This document shows, piece by piece, positions 49,433 to 62,865 of a DNA stretch of 64,000 bases. Location of the stretch: NCBI GenBank assembly GCA_964016885.1, contig OZ024741.1, forward strand, positions 146,382,001-146,446,000, in the 5' to 3' direction. Positions within the stretch are counted from its first letter, which is position 1, and each line of letters starts with the position of its first letter. Under the pieces are notes generated by a model that was not told the origin of the DNA, ran no database searches, and worked only from the letters and a program-made list of their open reading frames with translations. The position numbers and the translations under genes were made by a program. This DNA comes from Eledone cirrhosa. Taxonomy: Eukaryota.

Positions 49433-50638
49433 TTTGGTTGGACAGAAAGTTCCCACCATTTTTCACTGGAGGTATTTTGGTAGAGTTTTCTGGAAATATT
49501 GAAGGTTGTGCATATGGACATATATAAGAAGTAACATTAGTATGCACTATGTGCATTTCTCATTTTCTGTTATCTTATCAAAGGGGAAGCAACATGGATG
49601 TCTCCAAATCGTTTATTTATGACTGTTTACTTTATGACTTCAAATCTGGCCTTAGTGCAGCAGCATTAAGTCGTCACATTAACAATACATTTCGGTCACA
49701 CACCATATCTGAACACAGTGCCAGGACTGGTTTGCATACTTCTGTTCCAGTTATTACAGCCTTGAAGATCGATCTCACATAGGACATCCATCCAATTTCA
49801 ATGATGAGCAACTGCGAGAGTTGGTGGAAGTTAACCTACACCAGACATCACATCAACTTTCTGAAGTGCTTGAGTCATTGAAAGCAACCATCCTCAATCA
49901 CTTGCATGAAATAGGGAAGGTGTCCAAGCTGGACCAATGGGTGCCCAACAATCTGACTGACCATAACCATGAATACTGAGGGCAGCTGTGATTTCTCTGC
50001 TCTCCTATCATTGCACAACCGACTGGTTATGTTCCATTGTCACTGGGGATAAAAGACGGTGCCTCTACATTAATGTCAAATGCAAACGAATGTGGGTATC
50101 TAAAGCAAGTGCACCACAACGGCGAGCAAAGCCTGGCTTCCACCCTTGCAAGGCACGACTGAGCATCTGGTGAGACTGAAAAGGTGCCATCCACTATGAG
50201 CTGTTCCATTGAACACCAGCATAATCTCTGACATATATTGCCAACAACTTGACAGGGGAGCAGTGAAAATCACACAGGTGCACGCTCACCATAGTCGTAT
50301 TTGATTCTTTCACGATAATGCTCAGTCACAATAATCGTGCTGGAGCTAGGTTGGGAGGTTCTGTCCCATCCACCATAATTTTTTCCGACCTCGTGCCTAC
50401 AGTCTATCACCTTTTTCTCTCAATAAACAGAAAACCAGTTAAATCAATGGCTGATGGATTTCTTTGTACAAAACCCAGAAGAATCCTACAGAGATAGAAT
50501 CATGTGCCTTCCTAAATGATGGCAGAAGGTAATTTCAAATGATGGTAATTATTTAGACTTGTAAAATTTTCTAATGTTAAAAAACTCCAAAGTCAATAAA
50601 AATGTAAAAAACAGAGAAAACTTTCTGTGCAGAATAAT
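49433..50638 (+). mobile_element. Decayed mariner (DD34D) element
   Basis: Imperfect TIRs sharing ACAGAAAGTT; pseudo-ORF from 49593 MDVSKSFIYDCLLYDFKSG..., with WVP, IVTGD, FHDNA and HPP...YHLF motifs. Confidence 0.88.
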
Positions 50639-53534
50639 TGTTTATACAGATTTAAAATATATTTATTTATTTGTTAATTAAGACACATGGGTGGTTGGTA
50701 TCTTGGGTAAGTGTCATTTACCTTAGCCGCAGGTTGATCCACGCCTTATAAGTGAAATTGAATGGATGGAAGCAGGTCAGATTGTCTGTAACAGTAATTC
50801 AAAGGGACATCAATGTTATACACTGTGTCATGCAGAAATTCTCTGAGAATTATGTAACTGATACAGAGTTCTCTGGAATGCTCAGTCACTTGCTTGTTGA
50901 TTTCACAAGCATGTGGCTCTGTTGATTGAACAACTGAAAGACTCATAGTCAAACTGATGGAGGTCAATTTCAATACATAAAAGTAGTGGATATTTTTCAT
51001 CAAGTGTAATATATTTCTTAAACTATTGTCATTTTACTAGTAAAAATTTATTATCTTGCCAATGACAGATCAAATACATACAAATCATTTAAGTTACTTA
51101 TATATATATATATATATATATATTGGTAAACCCCAATATAACCATATATATATATACACTATTCATGTTCAAGACAGTAACAAATGTCAGTGTATCAGTA
51201 TCAATTTATTATAGCATATGTAGAAATCAAAGAAATTGCAATAGCTACTGTTGGAAGTATTTGTTACTTACTCAATAGTTCAATAAGAATCTGAGATATT
51301 TCATATGGCAGACCAAAGAAAATATTAATATGATGCATATAAAGCAGATTTTCAAACCAAGTCTATTTCTGATTTCTGTCTATAACATTATATATTAGCA
51401 TTAATATAACTGTTAGATCAAACATCTCAATGTGTTGATGTTTAGTGAGATATTGTATAGAGTATTTTGTATTTCAGCATTTATTTCAAGCATTTTGATC
51501 AGTTTAACAATAAAACCAGCTAACATAAAACAACAGCTTTTTATCCAGTGTGCTAGAAGTGATAGGTCTGAGGAAAAGATAAATTGAACAGTTGTATGAA
51601 CAGAAGATAAAATTATATTCTCAGTTATAAATATATAACCATACATCATCGTCATCATCATTTAATGTCTGTTTTTCCACACTAGCATGGGCTAGATGAG
51701 TTTCCCCATTATGAAACAAGTTAGATCAGATGACCGTGTCTTGCTCATACAGAACTGTTTCTCGATCGGTTTCTACAGTTAGATGCCCTTTTTAATACCA
51801 AACACATTTACAGTGTAGACTGGGTGCTTTTTGTTGTGTCACCAACACAACCACTTTATAGACACCAAAATGACCACTTTACAGATTGGAATGTGTGCTT
51901 TTTGTCATGTCACCAACACGACCACTTTACAGTTTTTCACTGCTGTGTATGTGCATGCTTATAGTATTATTTACTATTTATGAAGTATTCACTGAGGCAT
52001 TGTCATATTCTACTCATCATCATTTATCTCCCTTTCCCTACCAGTAAGGATTGGACTGATCATCACAGACTAAATCAGTGCCATTGACCTTGAAAATTGA
52101 CTGGAGGTCACAACTCTCTTCATATATTTCTGTATTTTACGGAGTGCATTATAATATTTACAAGTAAATAAATTCCTATATGTTATAGCATAAAAACATA
52201 TATAAATACAAACTTTACTATCATACATCCATTTATATCTATTACTTTCAAACGTTTAATGCCACATCTTTAAAAAAAAATCAACTATTTTCTAACCAAC
52301 ATTTTTAGTTATTTATTTTAGATATCAGATTAAATTGACATTTCAATGTTTTTGATACCAAACTGCCTGACACTGCTTCTGATTTAAGATATAACTACAT
52401 ATTTCAGAATATTTATTATATATATATAGAAAAACCTCCTATAATAAATTTATGCAAAAACCTTTGTTATATTCCGATAATGAGAATGTTAGTTATATCA
52501 TTAAATACATCCAAATTCTTTAATATTTTCAAAATAGTATCTTATATTAAAAATATGGTAATGAAAATCTTAGTCTAATTTCATGTGAAAGGATGGCCCA
52601 GTAAGTAAGGTTCCTTCGTGACTATATGGGTTAGGGTTTAATCCCACTGTATGGAACTTTAGGCAAGTGTCTGCTCCTATACCCCTAGTTCTGCCAAAAG
52701 CTTTTTTTAGTGAAATCTGGTAAAAAGGAAATTTATTGTTTCTTTGACAGTTTCTACTATATCATCAGATGCACCTACATTTACCTTCATGAGAAACCAT
52801 TATTATCATCATTCTGCTTGTCTCTGTATGTGACTGTGTTATTCTTTAAAGGAAATCCCAAAGCAAAAATGTTTTCATTTGGTATAAAAAGTGTTTTCCT
52901 AGATGAAAAGTAAAACTTTTACATATTTTTTTAACAAAAAGGATGATATCTTATAATAATTGGTCAAATCCATCATTTGGAAAGGGAAATGCTTTTTTCA
53001 TTTCACATTTAAACAATGTTCACTATGGATTGAACCAACAAGAAAAAAATGAAATTATGCAATCAAAGTGTGAAGGAAGAACAAAGACAAGAACTACTAT
53101 TAATTTTAAGGTAAAACTAGTGGATAAGTAACACCAACATGACTATGAACATGCAGTGTATCTACATTATCAAAGAGGAATTCAACAGGATATGAAGAGT
53201 GATTATGAGAGTTGATTATGAGAGATTTCAACTCATTGGAGTGCAAAGAACAGAAGTAAATTACTCTCTAGCATTCTATTCATCATCTTAATAACTCTGC
53301 CAATTTGCTGTCTGCTCCTATGACATAACCTTAGAATGAACAAGTTGTGATTGAACAATACAACATTGGAGAAATAGTCAGCTCATCACTGTGATGCGTT
53401 GACATTCAGAAATGAACCTCAGAGCCAAGAGGCCCCAAAATAGTTTACTACCCAGAGCTTCGATTGACATTAGTATAAAAAATGAAAATACACAAAATAA
53501 TACAATAAAATACAACTTGCTTATACAGGTTTCA

Positions 53535-54035
53535 TCATCGTTTCATCATCATCATTTAATGTCCATTTTCCATGCTAGCATAGGCAAGACTGGCTGTCAC
53601 TTTCTGAGAGATAAGGCCGGAAGACTGTTTTGCTCACACACAATTTATTTTGGCTTGGTTTCTATATCTGGATGCCCTTCCTAATGCCAAACCACATTTA
53701 CAGCGTGTGCTGGGTGCTTTTGTCATGACACCTACATGACGACTTTATAATGTGGGCACTTTTGTCATGGCTCCAGGGGCACCACTTTACAGTGTGGGTT
53801 GGGGGTGGAGAAGATGCCTAGGGAATTGATGACGTAGGTATAGGAGTGGGATGATTACAGCAAGGGAGGTGCATGGTAGGGGAAAGTGTTGCCTACTATA
53901 TATATATGCCTCAGCTCAAGCATATGGGAGGGCGAGTCTTCTGTAATATTGCATAGTACCAGATATTACGGTCTTGTGTCATTGCCTTAGTGAGGTGTAA
54001 TTGTTCAAATTCAGTTTTTATTACCTCATCCCTTA
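53535..54035 (-). mobile_element. 3' end of a PHD-family RTE with linker, VNTR and tail
   Basis: Minus strand WDEVIKTEFEQLHLTKAMTQDRNIWYYAILQKTR, followed by a C-rich linker, 45-bp repeats, GGAAGGGCATCCAG and (GAT)n. Confidence 0.8.
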
Positions 54036-55895
54036 AATATTTTAAGCCTGACTTTTGTCACAGTTATTACTAAGTTGCAATAATGTTTTAGATAGCATCT
54101 GTACACAAACTAAGTCAATATCAGAGAGAGTATCTGTTAGGGCACACATCAAAGAATAACTTAGATATATGAATATTTCTTCAACTTAGCCTTTGCTAAG
54201 AAATACAACTTGGCACCAAATAGAGACATGCTATGAATCTAAATAAAACATAAGTAGAAACTATTATGATGTATTACCTCGAGGATGATTTCAAAGCAAG
54301 AAGCAGGATAAAGGAATAACATTATCTTTCGAATAATGATTTCATGAGACAGATCGGTCATTATATTTCCATCAGGGAGTAGATAGAAAGAATTATTGCA
54401 ATACAAGTACTAGTGGGTGGATGTCATCAAATCACTCCTTACTCCTTTTGTGTGTATATGTGTGGGTGTGCATGTGAATGTGTGTGTGTGTGTGTGTGTG
54501 TGCATGCGTGTGTATGCATGTCTGTGAGTATGAGTGTTGCATTTTCTTTCATTTTTAGAAAACCTATAGAATCATCAATGATTTATCAGTGCACCATTCC
54601 TTATGATAACATTTACTAAAACCAGTTTTGATCTGCTGGAAGAATATAAAGAATAAATGACAAATGAAAGATATCTGCTGTCTCTAAATAGCAATGTGTG
54701 TTTACAAAAAAAATATTAATGATATATTACTGAAAATGCAAAAACTTCCATTTACAGCTCACACCACACCTATACAGTTTTAGTTGGTCTCTAACTAGAT
54801 TGTATCTCCTAGGAGGTTTTATTGGTATTTTAATAATAGAAGCCCCAGACCTAGCATGAAAAGCAATGTGAACTGAAATGTCCTGATAAAAAAACACAAT
54901 GTGTCTCCATTTCAGGAATCAAACCCATAACCTTATGATCATGAGCTTAGCACCCTACACACTATGCTCTGAGATTTCACAGAAATAAAATTGTTTGACA
55001 ATTGAAAGAAAATATTCAGTAGCAGTTAAAAGTTTTTTCAATGATTAATTAAAGAAAACTGAATAATAATCAAAAATAATGTTTTATTTTGTAATAAATT
55101 CTTTGAAGACCCTTTTTCTCGAGATTTTCAAAACAATAACATTTTTACTCCTTTTTCATTTTGTGTCTTTGTAACTGTTTGTTTTAGACAAATCTTTGCA
55201 ATTATTGATACATAAAACTAAAGTTCAAGTGAAATCACCTTTGGATTTTATTAGCAATTTAAAAGCTGCATTTTATGGTAATTATTTAGCCATTATTTAC
55301 TATTGATTTCTCAGATTCAACATTCAATAAATTCTACTGTTTTCATACCATTTTCTAGTTTTAACGTTTCATTAATTCTTCTTTGTTTTGTTCTCGATGA
55401 AGTTAATAAACTCTAAAGCTTAAAATAGACATCATTTAAAACTAGGAATGTTATGATAATTAAGATTTGGTTTACACACAACCGAAAAAAAAATAAAATT
55501 AATAAACAGTGAAATAGATTGGTTGTTAATTGACTTAAGTTGAGGTAGTACTTAATGAATGTTGAATTAAGTTATCATTTTACATCAGTTTTTCCATTCT
55601 TGCATAGGTTGAATGAAGACAAAGCTTATCCCAGTTATTTCGGCATTAAGTGACTAAGAGTACAAAATTCCCATTACCCTCACTGAATGGAATGCTAATC
55701 TGTCATCAGGCTAGCACACAGCTGCTGCTGGTACTCATTTTCAGCTGAGCAAACTGGTACAGTATGAAATGACGTGCCATGACACTTGGTCAGGGAATTG
55801 AGCCTTCGAATGTATGACTGTGAGCTAAACACTCTAATGAGTAAGCTGTTCACCTTCACACTTAATAAATAAATCTCTTACAGTTTATTATTTAT

Positions 55896-56083
55896 GCGGT
55901 GAATTGGCAGTATCGGTAGAGGGTCGGACGCCATGCTTTGACGCATAGAGTTACGGCCCTTGCCATTCTGAGTTCAAATCCCGCCGAGATTAACTTTGCC
56001 TTTCATCCTTATGGGGTCGATAAAATAAAGTACCAGTAATCTACTGGGTAATTGCTGGCCTTGTGCCAAAAGTAGAAACAATT
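55896..56083 (+). mobile_element. Full-length SINE family A
   Basis: A and B boxes; flanking direct repeat ATTATTTATGC. Confidence 0.92.
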
Positions 56084-56199
56084 ATTTATGCAAATCAAAG
56101 AAAAAACACCTAGTCATCCTTATCCTTTTACATCTGTTTTCCACTCTGAAACCAGGTGGGTCAGATGACCACATTTTGCTCATACATGCCATATGTTAT

Positions 56200-56870
56200 T
56201 AATTAAAAATCAATCACAAATCTGTTTTGTAATGTCCTGTTTAATAAAGACTCAAGTTTCTCAATGTCCCTTCTTATTTTCTTGATTTGTCCATTCAACC
56301 ACTTCCACCACCAAGGTTCTGTTTTTTCTCGTATATTTTTTCTTTGTTTTGAAACCAGTCAATTTTTTCACCACATTTGCGACTGTTTTGAGGCTGTTTA
56401 TTCATTTTATCCACCATTAAACTCAGAATATCAACAAAATCTTGTTTTAGTTGTCAGGGTAAATTTTCTCAATGGCCATATCTTTACTCCAGATGTTATT
56501 TATCTCATCATTTAGATTAATGTCTTCTTTGGTCTCATAACCACTAATGTCTTTGGTCTCATAACCATTAATGTCTTCAGGTCTCATAACCACTTCACCC
56601 TCATTTTCTACTGGTTCATTTGTCTGATTCGCTTCACTTTCTACAAGCTCATTTACCTGATTTATTCCCCTTTCCATTTCCCTCTTAATCTCTCTACTCA
56701 GTTCCTCCAATTCTAATTCACATATCCATCCATCAGTTCTTATTACATGAGCATGACCTGCTAGTTTTTGATCACCTAATTTAGATAGATCTTTCCAGAT
56801 ATTATGTATTCATTTCCTATAGACTTTCTTAGTGGGATCACATTTCAGCCTCCTTTTCACCATTATTTGA
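56200..56870 (-). pseudogene. N-terminal fragment of an R4/Dong-like element
   Basis: Acidic linker and PWWKWLNGQIKKIRRDI; same organisation as the 5' part of 3780-6760. Confidence 0.55.
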
Positions 56871-57399
56871 ACTATTTAAGTTTAAGATTTAAGCACTCAT
56901 AAAGAGGATTAGTGAACTTAAGGTTGCACTAACACCAGTGTTTTGAAAATGACACCATCACCAGACTATTTAATATTTTCTTAATGTGAGCCCTGTGTGA
57001 CTAATGATGAAATCATTATTACCATTTTTTTAACTGTTACTTTTTCAAATGTTTCTGTAGTAGTGGTGGTGGCACCGGTGTCATTGTAATTGTTTGATAT
57101 CCATGGCTATTTTTTTCTGCAGTTATCGGTGCCCCTTGATTATTATTTTTTCCCCTTAAAAGAGATTGAAGCTAACCTTGTCTGGTGTTGCTACTGATTT
57201 TGTTGAATTTTGTTTTTGTCTGCTACCTTCCCCCTCCTTCTCAGTAACTTTGACATACATAGGGTTAGTTGATTTCTACAGTTGGTTCAAGCTTAACAAC
57301 ATCTTATGCTAACAGCAAGCAGGTGTGTGTGTGTAGAAGGGGGGGGGGGGGTGATACTATTTATACTACAGTTATTATTATTATTATTGTTGTAGTTAT

Positions 57400-57960
57400 T
57401 GTTCATATTCTTTTTTACACAGTGATAATCTTATTAACACTGGATCATTTAATTGACTACCTATCAATTATGCAACCTCAGAGATAGTCAGTACTTTCTG
57501 CAGGATATTTGCTCTTCCCCAAAATGTTGTTTTCTGCAATGCCATAATGCTGGGACTGATTCCAATTCTATCAAGGTTTTTCTGGGGGGTTTTCTGTCAC
57601 TGACCCAAGTGCTGAAATCACAATTGGTACCACTCTTGCTTTCATATTCCACATTCTCTCAAAATCTATTCTCAAGTCTGCATACTTTACGATTTTCTCA
57701 TTTTCTTCACCATTGATGTAATTGTCTCCTGGGCAAGCTACATTGATCAATAAACACCACCTTTCAGTACCTTTCTCCACCAAAGTTATGTCTGGCGTTG
57801 TATTTTCAAGAGCTCTACCTGTCTGGAATGTAAAGTCCCACAAGAGTTTCAATGTCTGATTTTCTAGGACCTTCTCTTGTTTGTGGTGATACCATTTCTC
57901 AGTGGTTTCAAACCCATATTTTTTTGGCATAAAGACCAATGGAGGTGTAAGCACACTTTA
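57400..57960 (-). pseudogene. R4/Dong-clade restriction-like endonuclease 3' fragment
   Basis: KVLEN..KLLWDFTFQT...PDITLV...INVACPGD...EKIVKYADL...VVPIVISALGSV; ends in (TAA)n. Confidence 0.88.
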
Positions 57961-57981
57961 TCATGTATTGTTATTATTATT

Positions 57982-58197
57982 AAGGTGGTGGATTGGCAGT
58001 ATCAGTAGAGCGTCGGACAATATGCTCTGCATCATAGAGTTACGGCCCTTTACATTCTGAGTTTAAATCTTGTTGAGGTTAGCTTTGCCTTTCAACTTTA
58101 CAGGGTCGATAAATAAAACACCAATAATGCACTGGGGTCAATATAAGTGACTTTCCCCTGCCCTGCTGGTCTTGTACCTAAAGTAGAAACAATTATT
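57982..58197 (+). mobile_element. SINE family A, diverged variant
   Basis: GGTGGTGGATTGGCAGTATC head through the AGTAGAAACAATTATT tail. Confidence 0.85.
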
Positions 58198-58215
58198 ATT
58201 ATTATCATTATTAAA

Positions 58216-58535
58216 GAGCAAAGGCCCCCTTCAGTTATGAATGACCATGGGATTTTCACCTAGAGAGTTCCCGTCCGAAGCACAAGTCCAGGCAAGGTTG
58301 TTTGTGGAAGACCAGCTTCCCCTCCCCACACCACTGATGTTGTCCAAGGGAAAGGCGAAGCCTGATACAGCTTGGCACCTGTGACATCATAACTCATTTC
58401 TGTAGCTGAGTGAACTGGAGCAATGTAAAATAAAGTGTCTTGCTCAAGAACCCAACACAAAGTCCGGTCTGAGAATCAAACTCACAACCTCACGATTGTA
58501 AGCCCAATGCGCTAGCCACTAAGCCACGTACCTTC
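58216..58535 (-). mobile_element. tRNA-derived SINE (family of 30990)
   Basis: Minus-strand TGGCTTAGTGG A box, GTTTGATTCT B box and CTTGAGCAAGACACTTTATTT. Confidence 0.85.
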
Positions 58536-59061
58536 CCATTATTTTTACTATAATCATCATTATCATTATTATTTTTGTTGATAAAATAAAGTACCAGTAA
58601 TACACTGGGTAATTGCTGGCCTTGTGCCAAAAGTAGAAACAATTATTATTTTTGTTATTGGTTTTTAGTTTTTTATCTGGATTAAGTGAACTGATGAGGA
58701 ACAATTTTACCTTATAACTCTCATAAGTAGAAATCATCTAATTTTGAGGCAGAGGCTACTTAACACTTTAGTAAGTATATTAATAAGAACATACACTGTA
58801 TTTGAATACATTAATGTCAGGTGGTAATGGTGGTGCCACAATAACAAAAAACTGTATTAAAGATGATATTAATTGGAAAGATTTACTAAAATTATAAATA
58901 ATTTAATTATTAAGATGACGTTTATAACATAAATTAACAAAGGGTTCTTGTATAAAATTATGTTGGATGATTTTCATTTAAATAAAACACTTTAAAAATA
59001 AGTGTTTCTTCTTTTTTTTTTCATAGAATTAGAGTTGGTTTCAAAATAATTAAAACTTGTT

Positions 59062-59665
59062 ATAATAATAATAATGAAATTATTGTGTACAGTGCTCAGG
59101 TGCACTACAACTCATCAAAGGTGCATGTATAGTACATAGAATAATGTACAAATGTCAGGAAAATGAACAGTGTATGAGTCATATAATAACAACAACAATA
59201 ATAATAATGAAATATTGCGTACAGTGCCCAGGTGCACCACAACTCATCAAAAAGTGCATGTACAGTACATAGGGCAATGCACAAACATCAGTAAAATGAA
59301 CAGTGCACGAGTCATGATACACACGTGTGCATGTGAATGGAAGGGGTACATCAGGTGTAGTTTTGGCGTATTTCGGAAGCATGAGTGTCTTAAAGGATGC
59401 AGTGTCTCGGCAGCTAACAACTGACGCAGGCAGTTTGTTCCATGCTTCAGCAACTCTGAGCGTGAAAAAATGTCTACGAAAGTCATGGGAGCTGTGCTGT
59501 TTTCTGATTTTGTAGGCATGTCCACCTGTGTTAGACACATGGAGATCAAAAAGGTGCTCAGGGTTGCAATTGGCGAGATCGTTAATAACTTTGTGGGTAT
59601 TCACCAAGTCCATTGCCAGACGTCGGAGCTTCAATGAATCCATGCCCAGGGAAGCAAGGCGTTCA
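59062..59665 (-). pseudogene. CR1-clade LINE 3' end plus a second tandem 3' tail
   Basis: LKLRRLAMDL...TGGHAYKI...FFTLRVAEAWNKLP...SFK; tail GGTGCACCTG.GCACTGT...(ATT)n occurs twice. Confidence 0.88.
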
Positions 59666-61024
59666 ATGATATTTTAATTAAAATATTGCTTTAATGTTTA
59701 TCCTGAAAATTAACAATATGTATCTCTATCAAATCTTTTGTTTCCTTATCTCAAACCCCATGTAGAACAAAATATATGTTATATTTACAATCAATAAACA
59801 GAGTATTTGATTAGTTGAATTTCCAAAGATGTCAGCTATAGACTTTTACAACTAACCTATAAGTTTTTATGCCAATATTGCCAGGTATAATGGTTTTGTT
59901 ATCCTTTTAATGGTTTAGACTGGTACCATGCTGTGACAATGCCTTCAAGGTATTTAGTTGATCATATTGATCCCAGTACCTAATTTTTTTCAAATCTCAT
60001 ACTTTGTTATTGATCTCTCTTTGTCAGATTGCTAAATTACAGATCAATCAGACACTTAATGTAAATACAGACATGGACAGACACACATATACACATCATA
60101 TGTATAGATTATATATAAAAATTTTTCCACCACAAACCCTCTATAGAATGCCAAGCTGGAGTTTCCACCAATTATACTGCCTGATTGGCTGAGGTCTGTG
60201 AGCACTTAAAGACATTCCAGTCTCCAAGTACTAGAATAATAATTATAACAACAATAACACTATCATCATATTATAACATCAGTGGTATTAGCAATGGTGG
60301 TGAGAGCCAAAATATGAAGCTAATTTATAAGGAAGGTAGTACTAATAGTAATGTAAAAAAATAAATAGTAGAAATAACAATGATAGCAGTGAAGTAAAGT
60401 AATATTAGCAGTGGTGGTAGTGATAGTAATAAAATTAGTAATAAAAAATAGTCCCAAAAATATATGTATAAAAGTATATATGTATGCTGCATGTATATAT
60501 GTATGCAAGCAAGCATGTATGTATATATAAGTGCACATGTATGTGCCCGTACATACACACACACACATATATATAAACAGAATTATATATGAAAAAGTAA
60601 TAAATATAAAGGTAGAGAATAAATTTTTAAAATATAAATCTAAAAAATAATAATGGTATAAACCAGACATAATGTAAAATTAAAATTAACTTTAACTGAA
60701 CTAATAAAATAAGGTGGTTATTATGTATGTGTGGATGTGAGGAGATATGATGGATTGGGTTACCTGTAATAATAGTATCAATAATGGTTTCTTATATAGG
60801 CACAAGGCCAGAAATTTTGGGGGCGGGGAAAGTCAATTAAATCGAACCAGTGCATGACCGGTACTTTATTTTATCGACCACGTAAAGATGAAAGGCAAAT
60901 AATAGTATTAATAATAACAACAATAGTGGGGATTTATCAAGATGATCACAATATCACTAATAGGGATGGTGGTAGTAATATTAAGTAATTTAATTAATTA
61001 GCATGGATATGGGAAAATAAATAA

Positions 61025-61613
61025 TTGTTTCTACTTTTGGCACAAGGCCAGCAATTACCCAGTACATTACGACCCCGTAAGGATGAAAGGCAAAGTTAAC
61101 CTTGGCGGGATTTGAACTCAGAATGGCAAGGGCCATAACTCTATGCATCAAAGCATGGCGTCCGACCCTCTACCGATACTGCCAATCCACCGCCCTTGGG
61201 AAAATAAATAATTGTTTCTACTTTAGGCACAAGGCCAGCAATTACCCAGTGCATTACTGGTACTTTATTTTATCGACCCCGTAAGGATGAAAGGCAAAGT
61301 CAACCTTGGCGAGATTTGAACTCAGAATGGCAAGGGCCATAACTCTATGCATCAAAGCATGGCGTCCGACCCTCTACTGATACTGCCAATCCACCGCCCT
61401 TGGGAAAATAAATAATATTAATAATTGTTTCTACTTTTGGCACAAGGCCAGCAATTATCCCAGTGTATTACTGGTACTTTATTTTATCGACCCTGTAAGG
61501 ATGAAAGGCAAAGTTAACCTCGGCAGGATTTGAACTCAGAATGGCAAGGACCATAACTCTATGCGTCAAAGCATGGCGTCCGACCCTCTACCGATTCTGC
61601 CAATCCACTGCCC
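61025..61613 (-). mobile_element. Three tandem SINE family A copies
   Basis: Copies at about 61025-61195, 61212-61399 and 61424-61613; TGGGAAAATAAATAAT occurs three times. Confidence 0.92.
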
Positions 61614-61919
61614 TGATAATGATAATGAAGAAGAAATAGTAAAATGATGAAAAATAATGGAAAATAATGGAAGATGGTAAAATATATATATAATAAAAAA
61701 AATGTAATAAAATAATAAAAGACTGGTAGTGATAGGAGCTAAGGAAATAATGAAGGTCACAATCATAGTCGTTATGAAGCAGGTCTTAATAGGTGAGGGA
61801 AGAGAGAAAGGGGGATACTAGGTCCAGTATCCTGATTTTTCAAACCGTTCTGGAAATAGAACTAGTTTGCAGGCTCTATATGTTATGTTAGTTTTGTGCA
61901 TGCAGTTTGTGCAGCAATT

Positions 61920-62226
61920 GGAGGGTTTGTTAAAAAAAGGGCCCTTGGCAAATAATATCTCATAGCTCTATGAGATACATAAACCACAGCCTTTATGCCC
62001 ACCAGTATATGAGCATGCCTTCTGGAGTATTTTCCATTTGAGGGTGAAAGGGATGGACTTCTTTTTCAGGTCCCATACATGGACACCCAATGCCATATAG
62101 TTGGCTTTGTCCAATCTGCTAAAGAAGTGAGTGTGGGCATAACACTGGGTCTTAAAACTGTCAGAAGTCATACCAATGTGTTTTTTGTTATTACTTGATA
62201 TGACAGCGCATTTGTATATGATGTCA
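61920..62226 (-). pseudogene. GIY-YIG fragment of a divergent Hydra-like PLE
   Basis: DIIYKC...HIGMTSDSFK...VWDLK...LKWKIL...CGLC, collinear with the endonuclease at 36650-37000. Confidence 0.8.
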
Positions 62227-62597
62227 TCTCTCTCTATATATATATAGATTTACGTATTTACTTATATGCACACAATAGGCTTCTGCACAGTTTCTACCTA
62301 CCAAATTTCACAATAATTCATCAAGCCTAATATATATTAGAAGCCACTTGCCAAGATACCAGGCAAGGGGAAAGAATCTAATGTCCCATTGTTGTAGAGC
62401 AAACACTTTAACTACACAGCCATGCATGTGCCTATATTTTCAGGCCTCATTTGTTTTATGTTTCACATTCTCAATGTTTCAATCAGCAACTTCCTATTAG
62501 ACCAGATTTCTACACAACTAGCTGTCTTTTTATTTCTAACACTGACATGTAACAATAAAATCAGTGAAACCAATTTTGTCACACAGCTAGACAGGGA

Positions 62598-62865
62598 TAA
62601 TTGTTAACATCTTGGAGTGATTTAGCAGAAAATATCCTTGAAAAATAGGTTTGTGAATTCAAATGTTTATAGTCTTTACTAATAGACAGATCATTGTGAA
62701 AATTTACAATATTAGAGTAAAGACTTTAATTGTTAACATCTTGGAGTGATTTAGCAGAAAATATCCTTGAAAAATAGGTTTGTGAATTCAAATGTTTATA
62801 GTCTTTACTAATAGACAGATCATTGTGAAAATTTACAATATTAGAGTAAAGACTTTAATTGTTAA
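62598..62865. repeat. Perfect 129-bp tandem duplication
   Basis: Units start at 62598 and 62727; TAATTGTTAA at 62598, 62727 and 62856. Confidence 0.95.

Noticed and set aside
54278-54409. Possible 132-nt minus-strand exon with an open frame
   Set aside because: Weak splice sites and an unrecognisable peptide; could be chance.
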